The translations under genes and the position numbers were made by a program. Below are positions 9,020 to 15,745 of a stretch of 21,560 bases of DNA, piece after piece. The notes under the pieces are model-generated. The model was not told where the DNA came from. It saw nothing but the letters and a program-made list of their open reading frames with translations, and did no database searches. This stretch comes from Candidatus Heimdallarchaeota archaeon (GTDB lineage Archaea; Asgardarchaeota; Heimdallarchaeia; Heimdallarchaeales; Heimdallarchaeaceae), in NCBI GenBank assembly GCA_023139025.1, contig JAGLOH010000003.1, forward strand, positions 1-21,560, in the 5' to 3' direction. Each line of letters begins with the position of its first letter. Positions within the stretch are counted from its first letter, which is position 1.

Positions 9020-9757
9020 ATGCACGTTTCAGTTGTATATATTCTTGTTTTCTTGAGTTCATATTTGATTGGATCAATTCCTTTTAGTTGGATAATTACT
9101 AAGATTAAGACTGGAGAAGATTTAAGAAAAATTGGTTCAGGTAACGTTGGTGGGAGAAATGTATATCGAGCTACAAAATCTAGAAATTGGGCATTGTTTG
9201 CAGGTTTTCTAGATGTTGCTAGATCAGTAACAGCTGTAGCTTTACCATTTTATCTATCAAATATCTTGTACTTCCAAAATTTTCCACAATATAACATACC
9301 TCTTACAGATTTTTTCCCAGATACAGCACTCGGATTTAGTCTTACCGTTGCTGGAGTAGCAGCTATTTTTGGACATAATTGGTCAATCTATCTTCTCCCT
9401 GGCCATGCAGGAAGAGGAATTACTGTAGTTCTTGCATCAATGTTATATGCTAATCCAATAATGATTGTATTTTGGATTATTTTGTGGCCTATTGTCATAA
9501 CTATTGTAGGTTACTCTTCGATTACCTATATTATTACTACTGCATTAGTTGGGGTCATTGCATTGTTCTTCCCAGTAGTAATGCCTTGGGCACCCTATAA
9601 TTTGGCAGTAGCTATTATTCTCTTCAGTGTAGCAATTATTATGATTAGCAGACAAAAGGACAACATTAGAAAAATCAGAACAGGTGAAGCAAAAAAAATG
9701 AAAATATGGAAAGCTCTGAGAGGTAAAAAGAAGCTTTCCGAAGAAATATTGAAATAA
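9020..9757 (+). CDS. plsY: PlsY-family (COG0344) polytopic membrane protein, putative glycerol-phosphate acyltransferase
   Basis: YLIGSIPFSWII and GSGNVGGRNVYR (cf GSIPF and GSGNxGATN), FGHNWSIYL...GRGITV (cf HxxP...GGKGVAT, here diverged). Multiple hydrophobic helices throughout. Confidence 0.75.
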   Translation: MHVSVVYILVFLSSYLIGSIPFSWIITKIKTGEDLRKIGSGNVGGRNVYRATKSRNWALFAGFLDVARSVTAVALPFYLSNILYFQNFPQYNIPLTDFFPDTALGFSLTVAGVAAIFGHNWSIYLLPGHAGRGITVVLASMLYANPIMIVFWIILWPIVITIVGYSSITYIITTALVGVIALFFPVVMPWAPYNLAVAIILFSVAIIMISRQKDNIRKIRTGEAKKMKIWKALRGKKKLSEEILK

Positions 9758-9761
9758 AAGA

Positions 9762-9781
9762 GGGTAAGAAAAATCTTACCC
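9762..9781. terminator. Perfect 8-bp stem / 4-nt loop hairpin between convergent plsY and arsM
   Basis: GGGTAAGA aaaa TCTTACCC lies in the 35-nt gap between the two stop codons (9757 and 9793). It could act in both directions. Function is inferred only. Confidence 0.45.
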
Positions 9782-9792
9782 CTAACACTCTA

Positions 9793-10635
9793 TCAGTTTT
9801 TTTTCGCGGTAACAGTTATGCTTTGAATAGATTCTCCAATGCTCATAACATCTTCAATGTCTACATCGATATCTTCCAAATCTACCTCTTCACCACCAAT
9901 AATCAGCTTAGATTTTGGTTCTACCTCTTTCTTCTCCCCTTTTACTTCGTGTTTGAGGTTAGTTCCTTTTTGCTGGACTTGGATATCTTTAAAACCTGCA
10001 TTTTCAATCATTTCCAAATATCTGTTCTTCAATTCAGCACCAGATACACATGCAGCAAGAAGCTTTTTGTTATCTCGAATTGCTTCAGGAAGCGGTTTAA
10101 GAAGAACAATATCTGATATTGCGATTCTTCCTCCTGGTTTAAGAACACGATATGCTTCATCAAATACACGTTGTTTTTCAGGTGAAAGATTAATAACACA
10201 ATTAGAAATTATTATATCAACAGAATTATCAGCAACTGGAAGATTTTCGATCTCTCCAAGTCTGAATTCGACGTTTGTAAAGTTGTTTTTTTCTGCATTA
10301 TCGCGTGCTAAATCAATCATATCAGGAGTCATATCAACACCAATTACCTTTCCAGTTGGACCTACTTTTTGCGATGAAAGAAAGCAGTCAAGCCCACCAC
10401 CTGCTCCAAGATCAAGTACTACTTCACCTTCTTTGAGCGAAGCTATAGCTGTTGGGTTTCCACAACCTAATCCCATATTAGATGCATCTGGGATTGATAA
10501 TAGTTCTTCTTGAGAATACCCGATTGCTTTGCTTACATCTGTTGATTTTGAACTATCTCCACAACAGGAAGAACCTCTTCTAGCTACTTTTGCATAACTA
10601 TCTCTTACACTTTTTTTTACTTCTTTAGATTTCAT
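9793..10635 (-). CDS. arsM: Arsenite S-adenosylmethionine methyltransferase (ArsM/AS3MT family)
   Basis: VRDSYAKVARRGSSCCG N-terminus, GLGCGNP, SAM motif VLDLGAGGGLDCF, GVDMTPDMIDLAR, IISNCVINLSP and LLAACVSGA. These cover the conserved As(III)-binding cysteine positions of the family. Confidence 0.9.
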   Translation of the reverse strand: MKSKEVKKSVRDSYAKVARRGSSCCGDSSKSTDVSKAIGYSQEELLSIPDASNMGLGCGNPTAIASLKEGEVVLDLGAGGGLDCFLSSQKVGPTGKVIGVDMTPDMIDLARDNAEKNNFTNVEFRLGEIENLPVADNSVDIIISNCVINLSPEKQRVFDEAYRVLKPGGRIAISDIVLLKPLPEAIRDNKKLLAACVSGAELKNRYLEMIENAGFKDIQVQQKGTNLKHEVKGEKKEVEPKSKLIIGGEEVDLEDIDVDIEDVMSIGESIQSITVTAKKN

Positions 10636-10668
10636 TTAAATCATCCTTTTTGTTCTTGTAATTCCTGT

Positions 10669-10788
10669 TCAACAACAGGTTTGTTTCTTTTTCTCTTGTT
10701 CAGAGCTTTTCTCATTGCTTTCTTCACAACAATTCTCGTTGGAAGTTTCTTCATATTTTTCTTCATATCTTTCTTCATCCATTTTCAT
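10669..10788 (-). CDS. Unannotated 39-aa acidic micro-ORF with two vicinal Cys pairs (MKMDEERYEEKYEETSNENCCEESNEKSSEQEKKKQTCC)
   Basis: Hand translation of the 172-nt gap between the AbrB-like gene and arsM. GGAGGT (10795..10790) sits upstream of ATG 10788 and of a second ATG at 10782 with better spacing. Same strand as both neighbours. It is below the length cut-off of the ORF track. Coding status is unproven. Confidence 0.4.
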   Translation of the reverse strand: MKMDEERYEEKYEETSNENCCEESNEKSSEQEKKKQTCC

Positions 10789-10807
10789 TACCTCCTTATT
10801 GGTGAAC

Positions 10808-11089
10808 TTAATCTTCTACTAACTCCTCCATTATGGGTTTAAGGGCAACTTTGACCATACCATCTATTTTGTCAGCTTTCATTAGAGAAATACTAGACAA
10901 TACTCCTTTTTCTCGCATACTGATAACAATCAACCTGTCTCCTTCACTAATTTTCATTTTGTCTCGCAAAACTTTGGGTAGAACTATTTGCCCTCTACTA
11001 TCCACATGAACAACACCTTCAATGTGACAGCATCCTAAATCTTCTGTACTAGAAGGGCAACAAGGTTCTGTTTTCTTCGTTGTATTCAT
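10808..11089 (-). CDS. AbrB/MazE/SpoVT-type DNA-binding protein with Cys-rich N-terminal extension (CC-x8-CC)
   Basis: VDSRGQIVLPKVLRDKMKISEGDRLIV is the swapped-hairpin SpoVT/AbrB signature. It is preceded by TEPCCPSSTEDLGCCHIEG. Confidence 0.8.
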   Translation of the reverse strand: MNTTKKTEPCCPSSTEDLGCCHIEGVVHVDSRGQIVLPKVLRDKMKISEGDRLIVISMREKGVLSSISLMKADKIDGMVKVALKPIMEELVED

Positions 11090-11118
11090 TGTTCTCAGAA
11101 TATGTGAAAATACGGAGA

Positions 11119-11126
11119 TATATAAA
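11119..11126 (-). promoter_or_regulatory. TATA-box candidate (TTTATATA on minus strand) for the AbrB-like / micro-ORF / arsM unit
   Basis: Matches the archaeal TATA consensus. Its centre is about 33 nt upstream of ATG 11089, implying a very short leader. Confidence 0.45.
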
Positions 11127-11132
11127 TCTTCC

Positions 11133-11158
11133 GAAATTTCAGAAATTTCAGAAAAATC
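11133..11158. promoter_or_regulatory. Tandem palindromic repeat GAAATTTC-a-GAAATTTC-a-GAAAAATC (9-bp period), candidate operator
   Basis: Two perfect copies of the self-complementary octamer plus one degenerate copy. They sit directly upstream of the minus-strand TATA/BRE position, between the two divergent promoters. Confidence 0.4.
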
Positions 11159-11185
11159 TACAACGTCTTCTATCTTTTGTAAATG

Positions 11186-11193
11186 CTTTTAAT
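11186..11193 (+). promoter_or_regulatory. TATA-box candidate (CTTTTAAT) for the Fap7-like gene
   Basis: It ends 23 nt before ATG 11216, consistent with a leaderless transcript. It also argues against the listed ATG at 11183 as the start. Confidence 0.35.
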
Positions 11194-11215
11194 CATACTG
11201 ACAAACACTAGTACA

Positions 11216-11710
11216 ATGAAGCAAGCTCATATTCTAACTGGAACACCTGGTACTGGAAAATCTACTGTTGCAGATCTTCTAGAGGCTAGAGGCTATTCAG
11301 TAATGAATGTTGGAAATTTAATCAAAGAAGAGATGCTTTATGATTCCTATGATAAAAAACGAGATAGTTTTGTAATAGACGATGACAAACTTAATGCTGC
11401 CTTAACTAAATTAATTGAAGAAAATTCCTCACCTTTCCCTCTTGTGCTTGATGGACATGTAGTGCGACTCCCTCCCCTGTTGGTATCAAAGTGTATCGTT
11501 TTTCGTTGCTCGATTCGTAACCTTCGACAGAGACTGGTGGTACGTGGTTATAGTGAATCAAAGATTGATGAGAACATCGAAGCAGAAATAATGGAAGTTA
11601 TTTTGACCGACATGATGCAACTATATGGTAAAGATCTTGTTAGAGTTGTCTCCACAGATGTTTCCATTGAGAAAACATTTGAGGAAGTTTTAGCAAATTT
11701 AGCAGATTAG
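11216..11710 (+). CDS. Fap7/AK6-type adenylate kinase-like NTPase (ribosome small-subunit maturation factor family)
   Basis: MKQAHILTGTPGTGKSTVADLLEARGYSVMNVGNLIKEEMLYDSYD parallels ILITGTPGxGKTT...INVGDLAxEExLYDGYD of Fap7/hCINAP. Size (164 aa) fits. Start moved to M12 of the listed ORF. Confidence 0.8.
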   Translation: MKQAHILTGTPGTGKSTVADLLEARGYSVMNVGNLIKEEMLYDSYDKKRDSFVIDDDKLNAALTKLIEENSSPFPLVLDGHVVRLPPLLVSKCIVFRCSIRNLRQRLVVRGYSESKIDENIEAEIMEVILTDMMQLYGKDLVRVVSTDVSIEKTFEEVLANLAD

Positions 11711-11720
11711 TGTTAAGAAT

Positions 11721-12071
11721 CTATCCACTTATTCTTATGGATAAGATACCTCTTTTATCTTTAATTACTGACACTGCTTCATTTGGTGCTACTACAGTAA
11801 ATCCTTTGTTCTTGGTTCCTTTACCAAAAAGTTTTGCCCATTTAAAGTCTTCTCCGCTCTCGAATGAAAACATCTTGATACCTATGAAGTTTCCGTAATC
11901 AATTTTACTCATAGTTCTTTCAATAAGATTAAGCTCTTCACTGTGAGAGAGTCCATCTTCGAGAACCAATATGCTGTTCCTCATTACTTTGGATAAGATG
12001 TAACTGATTTTCTCTTCAGATGACAGATCATCAGTCTCAGAAAAAGGTATAAAATCTACTCTGTACTTCAT
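11721..12071 (-). CDS. DUF2073-family archaeal protein (partner of Era-like GTPase)
   Basis: Small protein directly downstream of, and coupled to, the GTPase gene, the arrangement I recall for archaeal DUF2073. ATG 12071 is preceded by AAGGTGA, which includes the GTPase stop codon. The listed GTG 12080 is an alternative. Family call is from memory and context, not from a strong motif. Confidence 0.55.
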   Translation of the reverse strand: MKYRVDFIPFSETDDLSSEEKISYILSKVMRNSILVLEDGLSHSEELNLIERTMSKIDYGNFIGIKMFSFESGEDFKWAKLFGKGTKNKGFTVVAPNEAVSVIKDKRGILSIRISG

Positions 12072-12076
12072 TCTCT

Positions 12077-12691
12077 TCACCTTACCTTCCTAGCCAATTC
12101 GGCTATTTTATCATATAATTGTTCTATACCATAACCCTGTAGCGCAGATACGGGGATTACATGATACTCGCTGAACACATCTTTAACTTCTCGAATGTCC
12201 ACATCAGGTAAATCAATCTTATTTGGAACTAGTATGAATGGCTTCTTTTGGTGCTCCAAATTACCTATAATTGTAAAGTTTACTTGATCAAACGGTGATT
12301 TTGCTGCATCTATAATTACTAGAGCTACATCTACATTTTCAAGGAACTTTATTGCTTCCACTATTCCTCTAGTTGCTTCCTTGGCTCTTTGCATTGCTTC
12401 TCCAGCTGTAAGTCCATGTTTCATGAACTCCTTTGGATTGACTGAGGATGCTATACCAGGCATATCGATTAATGTAAGATCCAAGGTAGTTCCTTTAGAA
12501 GAGAAGTTAACCTTCTCAAGCTTTTGAATTGTTCTTGTTTCGTGTGGAATTTCGCTTACAATCCCAACTTCTTGGTCAGCCCAATCCACACCAATTTTGT
12601 TTGCGAGAGTGGTCTTACCAGCATTTACTTCACCGTAGAACCCCAAATTAATTGATTTTGGCTTTGATTTTAGCCATAATCTCCATGACAA
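12077..12691 (-). CDS. Era-like small GTP-binding protein (archaeal GTPase partnered with DUF2073)
   Basis: G1 GEVNAGKT, G2-region PHETRT, G3 DMPG, G4 NKID, G5 SAL. TTG start at 12691 is preceded by AGGTGA with a 5-nt spacer. Confidence 0.85.
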   Translation of the reverse strand: MSWRLWLKSKPKSINLGFYGEVNAGKTTLANKIGVDWADQEVGIVSEIPHETRTIQKLEKVNFSSKGTTLDLTLIDMPGIASSVNPKEFMKHGLTAGEAMQRAKEATRGIVEAIKFLENVDVALVIIDAAKSPFDQVNFTIIGNLEHQKKPFILVPNKIDLPDVDIREVKDVFSEYHVIPVSALQGYGIEQLYDKIAELARKVR

Positions 12692-12898
12692 TTATTTCAC
12701 CTGACCAAGCTTACTCTCTGGTTAACTTAAAAAGCAATATTATGGACGTCACACGGTCGTATTACGATTGCCAATTGACTTATAGTAATCTTTAGAAATA
12801 TGTGGGTCAAATGGTCATCTAATAAGGTTTATTAAGCCTAAAAAAAAGAAACTCGAAACAAGGATTTTCAAATTTAGGTCGTGATTTAAATTTTCATT

Positions 12899-13966
12899 AT
12901 GGGTGCTAGTCTAAAAGTGTGGTTAAAATTACTCTGGGATAATAAATTCAACATCAGTTGGAAATATATTCCAAGAACTCTTGCAATAACATTAGTTACA
13001 GCTTTATTTACTCCTCTAACCATCTATGAACATTTACGATTTAATAGAAAGGTCAGAAAAACAGAAATCAAGGAAGATCCCATATTCATAATCGGTCATT
13101 GGCGGACAGGAACTACTCATTTACAAAATCTTTTACTTCTTGATGAAAAATATGGCTATTTGGATTTAATTGAAGCTACATTTCCTCATCTAATGCTTGG
13201 TAGCTTCAAACTAATCTCTATGCTAATGAAACCCCTTATTCCTGAAACTAGACCCATGGACAACATGTCCATGGATATAACCACACCTCAAGAGCATGAT
13301 TTTCCAATAGTTGATCTTTGCTTGCTTTCTCCACAAACTGGTTTGTTTTTTCCAAGTAACAGAGAACGATATCTTAAGTACGGTACTTTCGAGAAAGCGA
13401 CTGAAACTGAAGTTACCAAATGGAAAGAAACCTTCTTGTTTTATCTAAAAAAACTGACATTAAAAGAAGGAGGAAAACAGCTTTTACTCAAAAATCCTCT
13501 GGATACTCATAGAGTTAAGCTTATCTTAGAAATCTTTCCTAATGCTAAATTTATCAATATTTACAGAAATCCATACAAAATCTTCTTTTCAACCGTTAAA
13601 CTCCATAAAACTAATACTCACTTGTTCTGGTTACAAAAACCAGAATATATACTGGAAGATTTTATTTTCGATTTGTATTTAGAGATGTATGAAAAATATT
13701 ACAAAGACTTTGATTCTATTCCCAAAGAACAATTAATAGAAGTTAAATACGAAAGTCTAATTTCGGACCCAATGGGAGAATTAGTGAAATTATTTGATCA
13801 ACTTAATTTGGGAGATTTTGAACTAGTAAGAGAAAAAATTCAAATTTATTTGGATTCCCTAAATGATTATAAAGTAGGGAATTACAAAATTTCGAAGAAA
13901 GATAAAGAACTCATCTACTCAAAATGGCATGAAACAATCGATCGTTGGGGTTATGAGAAACCTTAG
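12899..13966 (+). CDS. Sulfotransferase-family protein (PAPS-dependent, Sulfotransfer_3-like)
   Basis: PIFIIGHWRTGTTHLQNLL resembles the 5'-phosphosulfate-binding loop region of this family. The N-terminal hydrophobic segment LAITLVTALFTPLTIY and overall length are typical. Confidence 0.7.
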   Translation: MGASLKVWLKLLWDNKFNISWKYIPRTLAITLVTALFTPLTIYEHLRFNRKVRKTEIKEDPIFIIGHWRTGTTHLQNLLLLDEKYGYLDLIEATFPHLMLGSFKLISMLMKPLIPETRPMDNMSMDITTPQEHDFPIVDLCLLSPQTGLFFPSNRERYLKYGTFEKATETEVTKWKETFLFYLKKLTLKEGGKQLLLKNPLDTHRVKLILEIFPNAKFINIYRNPYKIFFSTVKLHKTNTHLFWLQKPEYILEDFIFDLYLEMYEKYYKDFDSIPKEQLIEVKYESLISDPMGELVKLFDQLNLGDFELVREKIQIYLDSLNDYKVGNYKISKKDKELIYSKWHETIDRWGYEKP

Positions 13967-13986
13967 AAAAGATAAAAAGAAAGAAC

Positions 13987-15132
13987 TCATAAACATACGA
14001 TATCTTTTGGTGTGTTTGAAAGTCTTATTACTCCCTCTTTTATCACAATACAATCATCTTCTAGACGTACGCCAAATTCACCAGCAAAGTATAACCCTGG
14101 TTCTACAGTAATTACTGAATTCTCTAGTAAGTTTTGAGCTGGTCTCTCTGGATAGGACTTTCTAATGCCTACACCGATATCATGAGTCTCAATACCAATT
14201 GGATGTCCTGTAGAGTGAATGTATAACTTTTCATGGTCATAACCAAATTCTTCAAATTTGTCTCTTACAGCTTGTTCAACGATATCTGAAGGAATTCCTG
14301 CTTTGATTTTAGTATAAGCCGCTTCCTTTGCTTCATGAACAGCTTCATAAGCTCTAAGAACTTCCTCGTTCGGATTGCTACCTATCCAGTATGTATGCGT
14401 AATATCAGAATTGGACATATCATAAGCAACTCCATAATCAATTAGAAGAACTTGATTTTCTTTGATTTTACCAGTTCCTGCTTTATGATGAGGTATAGCA
14501 GCATTGGGCCCTGAAGCTATTATAGGTTCAAAGGCTACTCCTCCTCTTTTATTACACTCAAATTCAATTATTGCTGCTAATTCCTTTTCTATCATGCCAG
14601 GTTTAATTAATGGTTCAACAACATCTTCCATCAACTCTTCTGCAAGTTTAGCTGAAATTTTATGATTTTCAATTTCTTTCTTGGTTTTGACAGCTCTTAC
14701 ATCATAGATAATCTCATTAGCTGAAATATAATTCAGATTTTTATTCTGATTAGTTAGAGCTTTGAAAGCCCCACTAGTTAAAATATCGTAATTTAGTTTC
14801 GTAAACACTTCTTTCTCTTCAACAAAATTAAGTGCAATTGTTGAGTTATCTGAGATATCATTGAATAGTTTACTTACTAATTCTGTAAGTTCATTCCCTT
14901 GCTTGTAAGCTTTAATATCATAGGTTTTTTCATCCACAAGCATTTCTTCCATTCTTGATGTGATAACAGAGGGTTTTCCTGTTTTTGGAATAAGAGTTAA
15001 AGTAGCTGATGAAATCCATTTTTCATGTAAATATTTTTGATGAATATCATGAGAATGATGACAGAAAATTATCCATCCATCAACATTATGTTTATCTAAA
15101 ATCGCTTGAATTCTTTCTACTTTTTCATTCAA
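13987..15132 (-). CDS. M24-family metallopeptidase (Xaa-Pro aminopeptidase/dipeptidase, creatinase-N + pita-bread fold)
   Basis: Metal ligand context: PHHKAG, LLIDYGVAYDMSNSDITHT, HSTGHPIGIETHD, TVEPGLY, VRLEDD. TTG start 15132 overlaps the cofC stop by 8 nt. Confidence 0.85.
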   Translation of the reverse strand: MNEKVERIQAILDKHNVDGWIIFCHHSHDIHQKYLHEKWISSATLTLIPKTGKPSVITSRMEEMLVDEKTYDIKAYKQGNELTELVSKLFNDISDNSTIALNFVEEKEVFTKLNYDILTSGAFKALTNQNKNLNYISANEIIYDVRAVKTKKEIENHKISAKLAEELMEDVVEPLIKPGMIEKELAAIIEFECNKRGGVAFEPIIASGPNAAIPHHKAGTGKIKENQVLLIDYGVAYDMSNSDITHTYWIGSNPNEEVLRAYEAVHEAKEAAYTKIKAGIPSDIVEQAVRDKFEEFGYDHEKLYIHSTGHPIGIETHDIGVGIRKSYPERPAQNLLENSVITVEPGLYFAGEFGVRLEDDCIVIKEGVIRLSNTPKDIVCL

Positions 15133-15745
15133 AATCTACACATTCCTTAATTATTTGTTTTATATTTTCTGGAATAGAATTATTTTCCATTATTTCTAAC
15201 AAATCCTTAAATTTGTCTATATCTCTGTAAATGTCCTTACTTTCTAAAATCTCATAAGATATGGCTTCTTTTTCAAAGACATCTCTAAATCTTAAAGCTG
15301 AATTCTTTCCAAAGACCAATGGAAAAGAGTTATTCTTATTGAAAGTTAATATGCTTGTTCCATTATCAGGTGTTGGACCTAGCAATATTTTTTTCTCGAT
15401 TTTGTGTTTGTAAAGAATTTCCTTAATTTCTTTAGATTTAATCAAAGGTAAATCGGCCATAATTATTGTGATTATATCTTCTTTTATCTCTTTGAAAGCA
15501 TTAGTTAGTGATTCATTTAACTCATTTCCCTTATCTGACAGCAAAGTAAATTTTCCTGAAAAACTAAGATTATTTTTCTTTGTTAATATGTATAAGTTAA
15601 CATCTGTTTCGATCATAGATACTTCATTTATAAGATTCTGAGTCATATGATAGAGCAGTTTTCCAACAGAAGTTTCATTCAGATCAGACCTTAATCTGCT
15701 CTTATCACTCGCTGTTCCTCTATAAGGAATTATTATTGCTTCCAT
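15125..15745 (-). CDS. cofC: 2-phospho-L-lactate (or PEP) guanylyltransferase CofC, F420 biosynthesis
   Basis: MEAIIIPYRGTASDKSRL matches the CofC N-terminal signature (xIPxKxxxxAKSRL). IIMADLPLI and GPTPDNGTSIL match the MobA-like nucleotidyltransferase core. cofD lies two genes upstream. Confidence 0.8.
   Translation of the reverse strand: MEAIIIPYRGTASDKSRLRSDLNETSVGKLLYHMTQNLINEVSMIETDVNLYILTKKNNLSFSGKFTLLSDKGNELNESLTNAFKEIKEDIITIIMADLPLIKSKEIKEILYKHKIEKKILLGPTPDNGTSILTFNKNNSFPLVFGKNSALRFRDVFEKEAISYEILESKDIYRDIDKFKDLLEIMENNSIPENIKQIIKECVDFE

Noticed and set aside
9839-10513. 224-aa plus-strand ORF (Ser/Thr/Ile-rich), together with 9823..10116
   Set aside because: It lies fully antisense to arsM, whose motifs are unambiguous. 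Its low-complexity composition is typical of a shadow ORF in AT-rich DNA, with no start context or recognisable domain.
10741-10782. Approximately 12-nt DNA repeat TTCTTCATATNT x3
   Set aside because: It is simply the coding image of the (R/K)YEE repeats at the start of the micro-ORF, not an independent regulatory repeat.
11183-11215. Upstream ATG for the Fap7-like gene
   Set aside because: It would place the start codon inside the TATA-like element (11186..11193). The family N-terminus is a short lead-in to the P-loop, which fits ATG 11216.
12692-12898. Possible replication origin in the 207-nt divergent intergenic region next to the oap-like GTPase gene. It contains the near-palindrome TCGTA-T-TACGA.
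   Set aside because: I could find no repeated ORB-like elements flanking an AT-rich unwinding region, and no orc/cdc6 gene in the window. The region is adequately explained by two divergent promoters.
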